From positions 508 to 64,507 of the forward strand of contig JANRCR010000039.1 in NCBI GenBank assembly GCA_030726915.1: DNA of 64,000 nt, written 5' to 3'. The stretch is from Candidatus Nanopelagicales bacterium (GTDB lineage: Bacteria; Actinomycetota; Actinomycetes; S36-B12). The notes beneath the pieces are model-generated. The model worked only from the letters and a program-made list of their open reading frames with translations, had not been told where the DNA came from and made no database searches. Of this stretch, positions 49,664 to 61,072 are shown piece by piece (position 1 is the stretch's first letter; each line of letters starts with the position of its first letter). Made by a program: the position numbers and the translations under genes.

Positions 49664-50554
49664 TTAGCCGCCGTCGATCATTTCCGCGCGGAAGGGGCTC
49701 GCGGGATAGGTGCCCAGGATCCGCACGTAGGCGGTGTAGAACGCCAACTCCTCCAGGGCGAGGGCGAGGGGCCGCTCAGCCGGATGGCCCTCAACATCGG
49801 CGTAAAACTGCGTGGCCGAGAAGCTCCCGCCCAGTTGATAACTTTCGAGCTTGGTCATGTTGACCCCATTGGTGGCGAAACCACCCATGGCCTTGTATAG
49901 AGCGGCGGGGACATTGCGCACACGGAAGACAAAACTGGTGATCACGGGATAGGTGTCCGTCGGCGGAGTGGCCGCGCCGTTGGCCAGGATGAGGAATCGC
50001 GTCGTGTTGTGATGTTCATCCTCGACCTCGTGCTGCAGGACCTCAAGGCCGTAGAGATCCGCGGCGAGTGCCGGAGCCAGGGCGGCAACTGTGGGATCAC
50101 CCAACTGTGCCACCTCGCGCGCGGCCCCTGCCGTGTCGTCGGCGACGACGGGGCGCCATCCATGCTCACGAATGAGCCGACGGCATTGACCGAGGGCGTG
50201 GGAATGACTGCGCACGGCAGTGATGTCACTCACCTGGGCGCCCGGCACCCCCATCAGGGCGAAGTGAATCGGCATGAAGTGCTCACCCACGATGTGCAGG
50301 CTCGACTCGGGGAGAAGGTGGTGGATGTCAGCGACACGTCCCGCAATGGAGTTCTCTACGGGGATCATGGCCAGGTCAACGTCGCCCTCGGCCATCGCGG
50401 TGAAGACATCTTCAAAGGTGGGGCACGGCAGGGTGTCGAGGCCTGGATAGACCTCTCGGCAGGCGGCATCGGAGTTTGACCCGGGCTCGCCCTGATAGGC
50501 AATGCGCACCCGCGAGCGCCCGCCGACGGGTGTGGGCACAGACGCGTCGGGCAT
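49664..50554 (-). CDS. pheA: Prephenate dehydratase
   Basis: [31 protein letters not shown] and a C-terminal ACT domain. ATG 50554 was chosen within a longer ORF. Confidence 0.9.
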   Translation of the reverse strand: MPDASVPTPVGGRSRVRIAYQGEPGSNSDAACREVYPGLDTLPCPTFEDVFTAMAEGDVDLAMIPVENSIAGRVADIHHLLPESSLHIVGEHFMPIHFALMGVPGAQVSDITAVRSHSHALGQCRRLIREHGWRPVVADDTAGAAREVAQLGDPTVAALAPALAADLYGLEVLQHEVEDEHHNTTRFLILANGAATPPTDTYPVITSFVFRVRNVPAALYKAMGGFATNGVNMTKLESYQLGGSFSATQFYADVEGHPAERPLALALEELAFYTAYVRILGTYPASPFRAEMIDGG

Positions 50555-50618
50555 ACGGTCCGGGGGAGTGGAGGGCACGGGGGGAAGCGTAGACGTTCGG
50601 CCTGGGGCCGCGGTCAGG

Positions 50619-51122
50619 CTAGTCCGCGGCGGAGGAATCCGCGCCCTGCTTGCCGGGGGGCTGCTTGGTCGAGCCGCGGGTGGCGAAGGTGAAAGCGGCG
50701 AGGGCCAGCACGAGTGCGCCGGCACCGATACCGACCATCATCGTGGCTTCGGCGTCCCGGCCCTCGACGAGTTGGCCCAGGAAAACCACCGCGATGACGG
50801 CAACGACCACCCCGATGAGCTTGCCTTTGAGATCCTCCAAGGAGCTGATCTGCAGCCACGGCGGCAACTGCACGGTGTCGTCCACGAAGAGTTCGTAGAG
50901 GCCATAGCCGATGACCATGAGGACAGTGGCGAGCAGGAGTGTGTCCACGGACGCCAGCACCGACACGGTGGATTCTTTGAACTCCACACCGGGTCGAATC
51001 AGCATGATGGCGGCGGAGATCATCTGCCAGAGGCCGATGATGATCAGGATGAACCCGCCCACGAGGGAGCCGATCGCCGGCAGCACGACCACGTATCGGG
51101 AGTGTTCGATGAGCCAGCGCAC
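50619..51122 (-). CDS. YqhA family (UPF0114) membrane protein
   Basis: 167 aa with 3-4 TM helices. The N-terminal pattern [17 protein letters not shown] is typical of the family. Confidence 0.75.
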   Translation of the reverse strand: MRWLIEHSRYVVVLPAIGSLVGGFILIIIGLWQMISAAIMLIRPGVEFKESTVSVLASVDTLLLATVLMVIGYGLYELFVDDTVQLPPWLQISSLEDLKGKLIGVVVAVIAVVFLGQLVEGRDAEATMMVGIGAGALVLALAAFTFATRGSTKQPPGKQGADSSAAD

Positions 51123-51155
51123 GGGGGAAGGCTACTGCTCCGGCAGACTGAGGGC

Positions 51156-53246
51156 ATGGCCAACCGCCTCGCCCTGTCGACATCCCCCTACCTCCAGCAG
51201 CATGCCGATAATCCGGTGGACTGGTGGGAGTGGGGTGAGGAGGCCTTCTCCGAGGCGCGTGAGCGGGGCCTGCCCGTATTCATTTCCGTGGGGTACTCCG
51301 CCTGTCACTGGTGCCATGTCATGGCTCATGAATCATTCGAGGACCCCGGGATAGCCGCCTACCTCAACGAGCATTTCGTCAGCATCAAGGTCGACCGTGA
51401 GGAGCGGCCCGACGTTGACTCCGTCTACATGGATGCCACCACGGCGCTGACGGGGCACGGCGGCTGGCCCATGAGCGTCTTCGCGGATGCTGACGGGCGA
51501 CCCTTTTATGCGGGGACCTATTTCCCGCCGGAGCCACGCCATGGCATGACGGCGTTCCCGCAGTTGCTCAGCATCATCTCGGATGCATGGAACGAACGTC
51601 GTGATGATGTGGTCGCCGCGGCGGGGCGGATCACGGATGCGCTGACGCAGCGCGATAAGGCGCTCGCCCCCGGTGCCGCAGCCCCGGATGCAGATGAGCT
51701 TGCCGCGGCGGTTGTGGTCCTCTCGCCGTCATTCGATCAGCGATATGGCGGCTTCGGGGGAGCGCCGAAGTTCCCGCCGTCCATGCTGCTCGAGTTCCTG
51801 CTGCGCCATGTCGCTCGGACAGGGGATCTGGATGCTCTCGTGATGGCCCAGGGCACGTGCGATTCGATGGCCCGGGGTGGGATCTATGACCAACTGGGCG
51901 GTGGCTTTGCGCGGTATGCCGTCGATGAGGCGTGGGTGGTCCCCCACTTCGAGAAGATGCTCTATGACAATGCACTTCTTTTGCGCGTCTATCTCCACCT
52001 CTGGAGACTCACGGGCAATCCGCTAGCGCTGCGCATTGTGCGTGAGACGGCAGAGTTCCTCCTGCGTGACATGCGCACTTCGGAGGGCGGCTTCGCTGCG
52101 GCCTGGGATGCCGACAGTGAGGGTGTTGAGGGGAGGTACTACGTATGGACACCCGCCCAACTCATCGATGTGCTCGGGGAGGCCGATGGGCGTTGGGCGG
52201 CGGACCTGCTCACGGTCACCGAGACCGGCACGTTCGAGCATGGCGCCTCCACCCTGCAGATGCTGGAGGACCCCGATGACGAATCACGGTGGCAGCGTCT
52301 TCGCGACGCCCTGCTGATGGAGCGTGGGCGTCGCGTACCTCCCGGCCGAGACGACAAGGTGGTTGCCGCATGGAATGGACTTGCGATAGCCGCCCTAGCC
52401 GAGGCGGGGTTCATGTTGGACGAGCAGGAGTGGATCGAGGCGGCCCGAGCCGCGGCGGATCTGACCATCGCCGTGCATCTCGGCGCCGGCGAGGAAGGCG
52501 ACCGACTCGTGCGGACATCGCGCGATGGCCTACCGGGTCACTCCGATGGGGTCCTTGAGGACTACGCGGATGTTGCTGAGGGGTTCCTCGCGCTGTACGC
52601 CGTCACGGGAGAGGAGGAATGGCTGGCCTTCGCGGGCGTCCTGCTCGACGTGGTGCTCACCCACTTCCGGGACGGCGCAGGTGGCTTCTTCGACACGGCG
52701 GACGACGCCGAGCGTCTCGTGATGCGTCCGCGGGACCCGGCGGATGCCGCAACGCCGTCGGGCTGGCTTGCCGCAGCGCAGGCTCTGCTCACCTACTCGG
52801 CCTACACGGGGATCCCCGAACACCGATCGGCCGCCGAAGCAGCTCTCGGTGTTGTCACGGAGTACGCCGGCCGCGCACCGCGGGCCGTGGGCTGGGGGCT
52901 GGCCGCTGCCGAGGCGCTGCTCGATGGTCCCCGCGAGGTCGCGATCGTGGGGCCCGCGGATGATCCGCGGACACGTCAGTTGCACCGACTGGCCGCCATG
53001 GGGACAGCCCCGGGTGCTGCAGTCGCCGTCGGCCCTGTGGGGTCGGATGTGCCCGTCCTGCGTGATCGGGGCCTGATCGACGGTGGGCCCGCCGTCTACG
53101 TATGCCGCCACTTCGCCTGCGAGGCACCCGTGTCCTCACTCGAGCAGGTGGCGCGTGCCGTCCAGGCGGTGACGCCACCTCATCAGTCCCAGGCAGTATC
53201 AGTCCCAGGCGGTGAGATGACCACCCGTGCCGGTGACTCGGGCTAA
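51156..53246 (+). CDS. Thioredoxin domain-containing protein (DUF255 / YyaL-type, with an (alpha/alpha)6 C-terminal region)
   Basis: [22 protein letters not shown] and [23 protein letters not shown] 51156 was chosen because the 914-aa ORF extends antisense over pheA and yqhA. Confidence 0.85.
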   Translation: MANRLALSTSPYLQQHADNPVDWWEWGEEAFSEARERGLPVFISVGYSACHWCHVMAHESFEDPGIAAYLNEHFVSIKVDREERPDVDSVYMDATTALTGHGGWPMSVFADADGRPFYAGTYFPPEPRHGMTAFPQLLSIISDAWNERRDDVVAAAGRITDALTQRDKALAPGAAAPDADELAAAVVVLSPSFDQRYGGFGGAPKFPPSMLLEFLLRHVARTGDLDALVMAQGTCDSMARGGIYDQLGGGFARYAVDEAWVVPHFEKMLYDNALLLRVYLHLWRLTGNPLALRIVRETAEFLLRDMRTSEGGFAAAWDADSEGVEGRYYVWTPAQLIDVLGEADGRWAADLLTVTETGTFEHGASTLQMLEDPDDESRWQRLRDALLMERGRRVPPGRDDKVVAAWNGLAIAALAEAGFMLDEQEWIEAARAAADLTIAVHLGAGEEGDRLVRTSRDGLPGHSDGVLEDYADVAEGFLALYAVTGEEEWLAFAGVLLDVVLTHFRDGAGGFFDTADDAERLVMRPRDPADAATPSGWLAAAQALLTYSAYTGIPEHRSAAEAALGVVTEYAGRAPRAVGWGLAAAEALLDGPREVAIVGPADDPRTRQLHRLAAMGTAPGAAVAVGPVGSDVPVLRDRGLIDGGPAVYVCRHFACEAPVSSLEQVARAVQAVTPPHQSQAVSVPGGEMTTRAGDSG

Positions 53247-53255
53247 CCTGGGGCC

Positions 53256-54017
53256 GTGGGCCTGTCCGATGTTGTCTATGGCGTCTACGAGCGTCGTGTG
53301 CGCCGGCAGATCCCCCCCGGGCGCCGCCCCCGACATGTCGGCGTGATCCTCGATGGCAATCGTCGCTGGGCCACGAGTCAGGGTTCTGCCTCGGATGTGG
53401 GCCACCGGGCGGGAGCCGCCAAGATTGTGGAATTCCTGGGCTGGTGCGAAGAAGCGGACGTCGAACTGGTCACGTTGTGGCTGCTCTCCACCGACAACCT
53501 CACGCGACCAGAGGCTGAGCTCGCGGCGCTGCAGGCCATCATCGAAGAGACGGTGCTCGGGCTAGCGGAGACGGGTCGCTGGCGCATCCACCCCGTCGGT
53601 GCCCTTGACCTGCTCCCCGATCGCACGGCGCGCATGCTCAAGCAGGCGGCGGAGTCGACCGCGGATATCGACGGCATTCTCGTCAATGTGGCCGTCGGCT
53701 ATGGCGGTCGTCGTGAGGTCGTTGACGCTGTCCGGTCCCTGCTTCACGAGCATGCCCATCAGGGAACGTCGGTGGAGGACATCGCGCAGATGCTGGACGT
53801 CGAGCACATCGCCGAGCACCTCTACACAAGGGGCCAGCCCGATCCTGACCTGGTCATCCGCACGTCGGGGGAGCAGAGGCTGTCCGGCTTCCTCCTCTGG
53901 CAGAGCGCGCATTCGGAGTTCTACTTCTGCGAGGCCTACTGGCCGAACTTCCGGCACGTGGATTTCCTGCGGGCGTTGCGTGCCTACGCCGCTCGGCAGC
54001 GCCGCTTCGGCACCTGA
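53256..54017 (+). CDS. uppS: Isoprenyl transferase (cis-prenyl / undecaprenyl diphosphate synthase family)
   Basis: HVGVILDGNRRWA, VTLWLLSTDNL and IRTSGEQRLSGFLLWQS. Confidence 0.9.
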   Translation: MGLSDVVYGVYERRVRRQIPPGRRPRHVGVILDGNRRWATSQGSASDVGHRAGAAKIVEFLGWCEEADVELVTLWLLSTDNLTRPEAELAALQAIIEETVLGLAETGRWRIHPVGALDLLPDRTARMLKQAAESTADIDGILVNVAVGYGGRREVVDAVRSLLHEHAHQGTSVEDIAQMLDVEHIAEHLYTRGQPDPDLVIRTSGEQRLSGFLLWQSAHSEFYFCEAYWPNFRHVDFLRALRAYAARQRRFGT

Positions 54018-54190
54018 CCGGGGCACCGGCTATTCACCCGAGCCTTCGGCGTGGCGCGGCGTACCCCCTGCACCATCGGCCTAGATTCGGTGCACGGATG
54101 GCGCTCGCGCGTGGTCCAATCCCGGGCCGTCACCCGGTCGGCCCCCCGGCATTCGCGTGTCGCTCGTGCGGTGCGCACTGAGGAGAATGT

Positions 54191-55513
54191 GTGGCCGCTT
54201 CACGAAGCCGCTCCCGCCGATCCGCTCACCGCACCTACGTACTCGACACGTCCGTCCTGCTGTCGGATCCGCATGCGCTCATGCGCTTTGACGAGCATGA
54301 GGTCGTTGTCCCGGTCGTGGTCGTCACCGAGCTTGAGGCCAAACGCACACATCCGGAGTTGGGCTACTTCGCGCGGTCAGCGCTTCGCCTTTTAGACGAC
54401 CTTCGCATTGAGCACGGACGCCTGGACACGCCGCTGCCCGTCGGCAATGCGGGTGGCACAGTGCGCGTTGAGTTGAATCACAGTGACGCCTCCGTGTTGC
54501 CCAGCGGTCTCCAACTCGGCGACAACGACACCCGCATCCTCGCGGTTGCGCACAATTTGGCAGCCGAGGGGCACGACGTCGTCGTCGTCAGCAAAGACCT
54601 GCCGATGCGGGTCAAGGCCGCATCCGTTGGTCTGGCCGCGGAGGAATACCGCGCCCAACTCGCCGTTGAGTCCGGGTGGACGGGCATGACCGAGGTCGAT
54701 ATCTCAGCCGACCTCCTCGACTCCCTCTACGACGAGGTGATCATCGATCTCGACGCCGCCCGGGACCTGCCCTGCCATACGGGGCTCGTCCTGCTGTCTG
54801 ACCGGGGCAGTGCCCTGGGGAGGGTGACGCCGGAGAAGCGGGTCCGGCTCGTGCGAGGAGACCGGGAGGCCTTCGGCCTCCACGGCCGAAGTGCAGAGCA
54901 GCGCATTGCCTTGGACCTGCTCCTGGACCCCGACATCGGCATCGTCTCCCTGGGGGGTCGCGCCGGCACCGGCAAGAGCGCGCTCGCCCTCTGCGCTGGT
55001 CTCGAGGCCGTCCTCGAGCGGCGCCAGCATCGCAAGGTTGTGGTGTTTCGACCCCTCTATGCCGTCGGCGGTCAGGAGCTGGGCTACCTCCCCGGCACCG
55101 AAAACGAGAAGATGTCGCCCTGGGCCCAAGCCGTCTTCGACACGCTCGGGGCGATCACCACCGCAGAGGTTGTCGACGAGGTCCTTGACCGGGGCATGCT
55201 GGAGGTCCTTCCACTGACTCATATTCGCGGCCGCTCCCTCCACGATTCCTACGTCATCGTGGATGAGGCGCAGTCCCTGGAGCGCAACGTCTTGTTGACG
55301 GTCCTCTCCCGAATCGGGCGTGACTCACGGGTTGTCCTCACCCATGACGTCGCCCAGCGCGACAACCTCCGGGTGGGTCGCCATGACGGTGTGGTCGCTG
55401 TGGTGGACAAGCTCAAGGGTCATCCGCTGTTTGCCCACGTGACCCTCACCAGGTCCGAGCGTTCCCCGATCGCTGCCCTGGTGACGGAGATGCTCGAAGA
55501 TTTACCCGTGTGA
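54191..55513 (+). CDS. phoH2: PhoH2: N-terminal PIN domain fused to a PhoH-like ATPase
   Basis: PIN part [15 protein letters not shown]...VVVTELE, Walker A GRAGTGKS and Walker B YVIVDEAQ. The GTG start is preceded by GAGGAG. Confidence 0.88.
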   Translation: MAASRSRSRRSAHRTYVLDTSVLLSDPHALMRFDEHEVVVPVVVVTELEAKRTHPELGYFARSALRLLDDLRIEHGRLDTPLPVGNAGGTVRVELNHSDASVLPSGLQLGDNDTRILAVAHNLAAEGHDVVVVSKDLPMRVKAASVGLAAEEYRAQLAVESGWTGMTEVDISADLLDSLYDEVIIDLDAARDLPCHTGLVLLSDRGSALGRVTPEKRVRLVRGDREAFGLHGRSAEQRIALDLLLDPDIGIVSLGGRAGTGKSALALCAGLEAVLERRQHRKVVVFRPLYAVGGQELGYLPGTENEKMSPWAQAVFDTLGAITTAEVVDEVLDRGMLEVLPLTHIRGRSLHDSYVIVDEAQSLERNVLLTVLSRIGRDSRVVLTHDVAQRDNLRVGRHDGVVAVVDKLKGHPLFAHVTLTRSERSPIAALVTEMLEDLPV

Positions 55514-55643
55514 GGAAGGTCACGACAGTCTCCCCATAGTCCTGGGATATTTCGCCTGATTTGGGCGAATACTCCGAAAGTTATCCACAGGCTGACCGTT
55601 ATCTGGGCGTGACATTTCGCGATCTATTGGGCACGGTAGACCG

Positions 55644-56654
55644 GTGCTGAAACGACAGAAGACCTCCCGCCAAGCCCTGGCCGCGATCGCGGCGGCCGCG
55701 ATGGTGGGCACGTTCGTCGCCCTCGCCGCACCCCCCGCGTCGGCGACGGGGAGCCAGCCGGTGACGGCGAGCCGGGACGATGCGCCCAATGAGCGCGCAC
55801 CGCGGGTGCCCAACGCACCCGATCTCGGGGATGCACCGTGGACCTCGCCCGAGGCTCGCGACATGGTGGGCTACCGGCTCAGCACCTACACCGGCAAGTA
55901 CTACGACAAGCGCTTTGAGCAGTACCGCCTCTGCGTGGTGCAGCGGGAGAGCGGTGGTCGCTACGGCGAGAGCAGTTCAGCCCACATCGGGGCCTACCAG
56001 TTCTCCTACAGCCTGGCCGGGCAGGCCCTGCGGTCGATGCGACCCGAGATCAGCGCGGTCTTTGGTCGGTCGGGGCTCGCGGCCCTGGATCGGCTCGACG
56101 GCAAGCCGATGTACACCTGGAACCGTTTCTGGCAGGACACGGCCTTCTGGACGATCTTCAACGGCGGGGCCGGCTGGTCTCACTGGTCGAGCCAGTGGGG
56201 TGCCAGTTGGAACTGTGACCATTCGCCCAACGCCGAGAGTGGCTGGCCCAGCCCCAATCGATACCACTACGCACCCTTGGAGCGGAGTGGCAAGGACCGC
56301 TCCAGCGGCGCTACTCCCGCGGCTGCCTTCGGGACGCCGGAGTACAACCAGCGTCTTGCTCGCACCTACATCCGTGACCGCCACGGCTGGCGCTTCCCTG
56401 AGTTCCGCGCCCTCAAGGACATGTGGTGGCGGGAGAGCAACTGGCGGCACACCGTCATCAACAACCACCCCAATGGTCCCTGGTACGGACTCGGCCAAGT
56501 GAACGGCGGTTTCATCGCCTCGCGCGGCTACACCATCAAGGAGTACATGCGCTCTCCACAGGCGCAGATCAAGGTGGGAGTGGCGTACATCAAGCAGCGC
56601 TACGGCTCCCCGCTCAAGGCCTGGTCCTTCTGGCAGTCCAACGGCTGGTACTAA
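55644..56654 (+). CDS. Secreted protein with two transglycosylase-like domains (putative cell-wall lytic transglycosylase)
   Basis: Sec signal (AAPPASA). The first module has CVVQRESGG...GAYQF. The C-terminal module has MWWRESNW...GLGQ...QIKVGVAYIKQRYGSPLKAWSFWQSNGWY, typical of actinobacterial secreted SLT-like proteins. Confidence 0.7.
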   Translation: MLKRQKTSRQALAAIAAAAMVGTFVALAAPPASATGSQPVTASRDDAPNERAPRVPNAPDLGDAPWTSPEARDMVGYRLSTYTGKYYDKRFEQYRLCVVQRESGGRYGESSSAHIGAYQFSYSLAGQALRSMRPEISAVFGRSGLAALDRLDGKPMYTWNRFWQDTAFWTIFNGGAGWSHWSSQWGASWNCDHSPNAESGWPSPNRYHYAPLERSGKDRSSGATPAAAFGTPEYNQRLARTYIRDRHGWRFPEFRALKDMWWRESNWRHTVINNHPNGPWYGLGQVNGGFIASRGYTIKEYMRSPQAQIKVGVAYIKQRYGSPLKAWSFWQSNGWY

Positions 56655-56690
56655 ACCATCCCACGGCCGGTCCTGAGCCGACGATCTGAC

Positions 56691-58361
56691 TCAGCCGGAA
56701 TCGGCGGGTGGACCCACCTGGATGGTGAGTGCCACCGGTCGCAATGTGTCTTCGAAGAAGTCATGGCCCTTGTCGTCCACGATCACAAAAGCGGGGAAGT
56801 CGACCACGTCGATCTTCCACACCGCCTCCATCCCGAGTTCAGCGAAGTCGATCACCTCGATGGACCGGATGTTGTCCTGGGCCAGGATCGCGGCGGGACC
56901 TCCGATCGAACCAAGATAGAAGCCACCGTGGTCCTGGCAGGCCTGGGTCACCACCGGGCTGCGATTGCCCTTGGCGAGCATGACGAGTGAGCCTCCCGCC
57001 CGCTGGAATTCATCGACGTAGGCATCCATGCGACCGGCGGTCGTGGGACCGAAGGAGCCGGACGCGTAGCCCTCGGGGGTCTTGGCCGGGCCCGCGTAGT
57101 AGACCGCATGATCGCGCAGGTAGTCGGGCATCGCCTCGCCCCGGTCGAGCATCTCCTTGATGCGCGCGTGGGCGATGTCGCGTGCGACGACAAGGGGTCC
57201 GGTGAGGGATACGCGCGTCTTCACCGGGAGCGCGGACAGTTGCCGTCGAATGTCGGACATGGGCTGCGTCAGATCGATACGCACGACTTCCTCGTCGTCC
57301 GTGTGCTCAATGTCGGGTAGGTAGTGGGCGGGATCGCGCTCGAGTTGCTCGAGGAAGGCCCCCTCGGATGTGATCTTGGCGAGTGCTTGGCGGTCCGCGG
57401 AGCAGGAAACCGCGATAGCGACGGGCAACGATGCGCCATGTCGGGGGAGCCGGATGACACGCACGTCGTGACAGAAGTACTTGCCACCGAACTGTGCCCC
57501 GATCCCGAAGCCCCGGGTGAGTGCAAGGACCTCGGCTTCCATCTCCAGGTCACGGAACGCATGTGCATCCATGCTCCCGTGCACCGGGAGCGAGTCGAGG
57601 TAGCGGGCACTCGCGTACTTCGCGACTTTGAGAGCCTGCTCCGCGCTCGTCCCGCCCACAACGATCGCGAGATGGTAGGGGGGACATGCGGCCGTGCCCA
57701 GTGAGCGAAGGGCCGTATCGAGGAATTCGGTGAATCGCTTGGGATTGAGCAGAGCCTTCGTCTCCTGATAGAGAAAACTCTTATTGGCCGACCCGCCACC
57801 CTTGGCCATGTAGAGCAACTCGTAGGTGAGTTCATGGCCGGGCTTGGTGTCGGCGTAGATGTCGATTTGCGCCGGCAGATTGGTGCCTGTGTTGCGCTCA
57901 TCCCACATGGTGAGCGGCGCCATCTGCGAGTAACGCAGATTGAGTAGGGCAAAGGCGTCGAAGACGCCTCGGCTGATGGCGGCCTCATCGGGCCCCTGAG
58001 TCAGGATCTGCTGGCCACGCTTGCCCATGACGATGGCCGTGCCTGTGTCCTGACACATCGGCAGCACGCCACCCGCGGCGACATTGGCGTTCTTAAGCAG
58101 GTCCAGTGCAACGAAACGATCATTTGCACTGGCCTCGGGGTCATCAAGAATGGCGCGCAATTGAGCAAGATGGCCTGGGCGCAGCAGGTGGGAGATATCG
58201 CGAATCGCCTCGACGGTCAGGAGGCGCAGCACCTCAGGATCCACGTCGAGGAAGGTGCGTCCCCCTGACTCAATCGTGCGGATCCCCTCGGTCGTCACCA
58301 GGCGGTAGGGCGTGGTGTCGGGACCCAGGGGCAGCGGGTCGACGTAGGCGAAGTCCGACAT
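56691..58361 (-). CDS. Fumarate hydratase, class I (Fe-S type, fused alpha/beta)
   Basis: 556 aa with [16 protein letters not shown], and a C-terminal beta-domain carrying [21 protein letters not shown]. Confidence 0.9.
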   Translation of the reverse strand: MSDFAYVDPLPLGPDTTPYRLVTTEGIRTIESGGRTFLDVDPEVLRLLTVEAIRDISHLLRPGHLAQLRAILDDPEASANDRFVALDLLKNANVAAGGVLPMCQDTGTAIVMGKRGQQILTQGPDEAAISRGVFDAFALLNLRYSQMAPLTMWDERNTGTNLPAQIDIYADTKPGHELTYELLYMAKGGGSANKSFLYQETKALLNPKRFTEFLDTALRSLGTAACPPYHLAIVVGGTSAEQALKVAKYASARYLDSLPVHGSMDAHAFRDLEMEAEVLALTRGFGIGAQFGGKYFCHDVRVIRLPRHGASLPVAIAVSCSADRQALAKITSEGAFLEQLERDPAHYLPDIEHTDDEEVVRIDLTQPMSDIRRQLSALPVKTRVSLTGPLVVARDIAHARIKEMLDRGEAMPDYLRDHAVYYAGPAKTPEGYASGSFGPTTAGRMDAYVDEFQRAGGSLVMLAKGNRSPVVTQACQDHGGFYLGSIGGPAAILAQDNIRSIEVIDFAELGMEAVWKIDVVDFPAFVIVDDKGHDFFEDTLRPVALTIQVGPPADSG

Positions 58362-58402
58362 GTGTCCAGACTAGGCGGTGCCGCTCGGGTACCTTCGACG
58401 CC

Positions 58403-59368
58403 GTGAGCCCATCCTGCATTGCAGTCCTCGGAGAGAGGATCATCGACTTCGTCCCCGGGGGGGACCCGCAGTCCTACCGGGCGGTGGCGGGAGGGTCACC
58501 CGCCAATGTGGCCCTGGGGGTCCACCGGTTGGGCGGAGAGGCCGTGCTGCTCGGGCGCGCGGGCGATGACGGTCTCGCACATCTGCTGGACCGCGCCATC
58601 ACCGATAACGGACTCTCCACAGCGGCGTTACTGCGCCGGACCGGGCCGAGCGTGCTCGCGGTCTGCACCCGCAACGACGATGGTTCTGTCGCGTACTACT
58701 TCTACTACCAGGGCAGCCCCGACTTCATGTGGGACGCGACGGATCTCCATGAGGCCCTGGGCGCGGCTCGGGCGGCTGGGGCATCGGCATGGCACACGGG
58801 ATCGCTCGTGAGTTGGCTCGGGCCGGGGGTCGAGGCGGTCCTCTCGGCGTGGCGGGAGGCGCATGAGGCGGGTGACCTCACGTTGAGCTATGACCCCAAT
58901 GCACGGCCCGGCACCGTCCCCCGAGCGATCATGCGTGGTCGCGTCGAGGACTTCGTGGCTCTATCCCATGTCGTCAAGGTCAGTGATGAGGATCTTGACT
59001 ATCTGTATCCGGGTGAGTCTCCCGAGGACGTCTGCGCGCGATGGATCGAAGCGGGCCCGTCGATCGTCGTCTTGACTCGCGGTCCTCGCGGGCTCGCCGC
59101 CTGGCGTCCGGGACTGGCCGTCGTTGAGGTCCCGGGACACACCGTGACGGTTGCCGACACGGTGGGGGCGGGTGACACGGTCACCGCTGCCTTGCTGGTG
59201 GGACTTGGTGACGCCGGTGCACTCGGCGCGGACGGGGACCTCTCCCGCGTTGATGATGCGACCCTGCTGCGGATCCTCCGGGGTGCGGCTCTCGCAGCGG
59301 CGATGACCTGCTCCCGAGAGGGTGCTCAACCCCCGACACGTGCCGAGATTGACTCCGAGCTCATCTGA
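58403..59368 (+). CDS. PfkB family carbohydrate kinase (fructokinase-like)
   Basis: N-terminal GGSPANVA and C-terminal VADTVGAGDTVTAALL motifs. GTG 58403 was chosen within a longer ORF. Confidence 0.8.
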   Translation: MSPSCIAVLGERIIDFVPGGDPQSYRAVAGGSPANVALGVHRLGGEAVLLGRAGDDGLAHLLDRAITDNGLSTAALLRRTGPSVLAVCTRNDDGSVAYYFYYQGSPDFMWDATDLHEALGAARAAGASAWHTGSLVSWLGPGVEAVLSAWREAHEAGDLTLSYDPNARPGTVPRAIMRGRVEDFVALSHVVKVSDEDLDYLYPGESPEDVCARWIEAGPSIVVLTRGPRGLAAWRPGLAVVEVPGHTVTVADTVGAGDTVTAALLVGLGDAGALGADGDLSRVDDATLLRILRGAALAAAMTCSREGAQPPTRAEIDSELI

Positions 59369-59385
59369 TCAGCAACCACCGTCGA

Positions 59386-60390
59386 TCAGTGGCCCGTGCC
59401 ACCAAAATCGACGATGGCGTACCTCCCGAGCTTGTCGAGACGATGCTCGCTACTGACTTCGCGGATGGTTCCGCTCTTGCTTCGCATGACGATGGAGTGC
59501 GTCCGTACGCCGTGCGGCGAATAGTGCACTCCCCGCAGCAATTCGCCGTCGGTGATTCCCGTCGCGCAGAAGAAAACGTTGTCCCCGGTGACGAGATCAT
59601 CGGTGGTCAGGACCCGGTCGAGGTCATGACCCGCGTCGATGGCCCGGATGCGCTCGGCCTCGTTACGCGGCCAGAGTTGCCCCTGGATGACGCCCCCCAG
59701 GCACTTGACGGCGCACGCGGTGATGATGCCCTCGGGGGTTCCGCCGACTCCCATGAGTAGGTCGACACCGGTCCCCTCGCGCATAGCCATGATGGCTCCC
59801 GCGACATCCCCGTCGCTAATGAACTTGATCCGCGCGCCCGCTTCCCGCGTCTCAGTCACGAGTGCATCGTGGCGAGGTCGGTCGAGTATGCAGACGGTCA
59901 GGTCCGCTATGGACATGCCCTTGGCCGCGGCAACGCGTCGGAGGTTCTCGCTGCAGGGTGCCGTGATGTCGACGACGGCGGCGGCCTCGGGTCCCGTGAC
60001 GAGCTTGCGCATGTAGAACACCGCGCTGGGGTCGTACATCGAACCATGTTCGGACACCGCAAGGACGGAGATGGCGTTGGACATGCCCTTGGCGCACAGG
60101 GTCGTGCCATCAATCGGATCCACCGCGACATCCACGGAGGGTCCGGTGCCATCTCCGACACGCTCACCGTTAAACAGCATGGGAGCGTCGTCCTTCTCGC
60201 CCTCACCGATGACGACGACGCCGTCCATCGAGACACTTCCGATGAGTTGCCGCATCGCGTTGACCGCGGCGGCATCGGCTCCGTTTTTGTCCCCGCGGCC
60301 CACCCCGCGCGCCGCCGCCAGGGCGGCGGCCTCCGTGACCCGCACGAGCTCCAGGGCCAGATTGCGATCCGGTGTTTCCGTCACACCCAT
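59386..60390 (-). CDS. glpX: Fructose-1,6-bisphosphatase, class II
   Basis: [28 protein letters not shown] and [13 protein letters not shown] 60390 was chosen within a longer ORF. Confidence 0.92.
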   Translation of the reverse strand: MGVTETPDRNLALELVRVTEAAALAAARGVGRGDKNGADAAAVNAMRQLIGSVSMDGVVVIGEGEKDDAPMLFNGERVGDGTGPSVDVAVDPIDGTTLCAKGMSNAISVLAVSEHGSMYDPSAVFYMRKLVTGPEAAAVVDITAPCSENLRRVAAAKGMSIADLTVCILDRPRHDALVTETREAGARIKFISDGDVAGAIMAMREGTGVDLLMGVGGTPEGIITACAVKCLGGVIQGQLWPRNEAERIRAIDAGHDLDRVLTTDDLVTGDNVFFCATGITDGELLRGVHYSPHGVRTHSIVMRSKSGTIREVSSEHRLDKLGRYAIVDFGGTGH

Positions 60391-60457
60391 GCCTGAGCCT
60401 CTCACGTTCCCGCGGGATCTCATCCCATGTCTGCCCACGGGGAGCACCGCCCGAGAT

Positions 60458-61072
60458 GTGTCCTCAGCGGGTATCGGGGACGATGGGGTCGTGACTACGG
60501 AAGCGACACCGGGCGAACCGGGCGAATTGCGTCCGACGGGGCGGCCCAATGCGCGTCTGCGCCAAAGCGTCACCGACATGGTGCGGTCGCTCGCCCTGGT
60601 CCTGGGAGCGGTTGTCGTGATCATGCTCATCACCTGGCGGCCGAGCCCGGATCCGGTGAGAGTGGTCGATCCGACCCCCGTTCTCATCGGGGCACGCATT
60701 GAGGCGGGTTACCCCGTGCTGTATCCCGATGCGCTGTCTCCTGAGTGGCGCCCGACGAGCGCGCGCTGGGAGATCACCGAGGCAAGCATGCCCGCTCCCG
60801 CCTGGCACCTTGGCTTTGTCACTCCGGCAGACACCTACGCCCAGATCGGCCAGTCCGCCACGGACAACCAGAGCTATGTCACGAGTCAGATCGGAAACAC
60901 CGAACCAGCCGATGCTTGGCAGGGATGGCAGCGCTACGTCGGACCTGACCAACGGGCTCTGCTTCGGGTCGACGATGGCGTCACGGTGATCGTGTCGGGC
61001 ACCGCCGAGTGGCCAGATCTGGAATTCCTCGCGACTCGGCTCAGTCCGACGGCTCTGCCGACTGTTCCGTGA
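60458..61072 (+). CDS. DUF4245 domain-containing protein
   Basis: Single TM helix ([15 protein letters not shown]) followed by a conserved domain (EWRPTSARW...AWHLGFVTP). It is divergent from glpX, as in other actinobacteria. The start is uncertain, with in-frame candidates at 60389 (ATG), 60458 and 60491 (GTG). Confidence 0.65.
   Translation: MSSAGIGDDGVVTTEATPGEPGELRPTGRPNARLRQSVTDMVRSLALVLGAVVVIMLITWRPSPDPVRVVDPTPVLIGARIEAGYPVLYPDALSPEWRPTSARWEITEASMPAPAWHLGFVTPADTYAQIGQSATDNQSYVTSQIGNTEPADAWQGWQRYVGPDQRALLRVDDGVTVIVSGTAEWPDLEFLATRLSPTALPTVP

Noticed and set aside
50502-53246. The 914-aa plus-strand ORF read as a single protein.
   Set aside because: The first 218 aa are antisense to pheA and the YqhA-family gene and have Gly/Arg/Asp/His-rich shadow composition. 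The conserved DUF255 N-terminus starts at MANRLALS (51156).
54051-54395. A 114-aa ORF overlapping the 5' end of phoH2, considered as a phoAT-like antitoxin.
   Set aside because: The sequence is Arg/Ser/Ala-rich and shadow-like. It extends 200 nt into phoH2 in another frame, has no ribosome-binding site and has no recognisable DNA-binding fold signature.
55581-55589. A perfect TTATCCACA sequence (E. coli-type DnaA box) in the phoH2/transglycosylase intergenic region.
   Set aside because: It is a single isolated copy. There is no cluster of boxes, no AT-rich unwinding element and no dnaA/dnaN context, so it is most likely a chance match in a lower-GC promoter region.
55514-55643. A cyclic-di-AMP (ydaO-type) riboswitch upstream of the cell-wall hydrolase-like gene.
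   Set aside because: I could not find the conserved core sequences I remember for that class. Only a vague GACAG.. similarity is present. It should not be annotated without a covariance-model hit.
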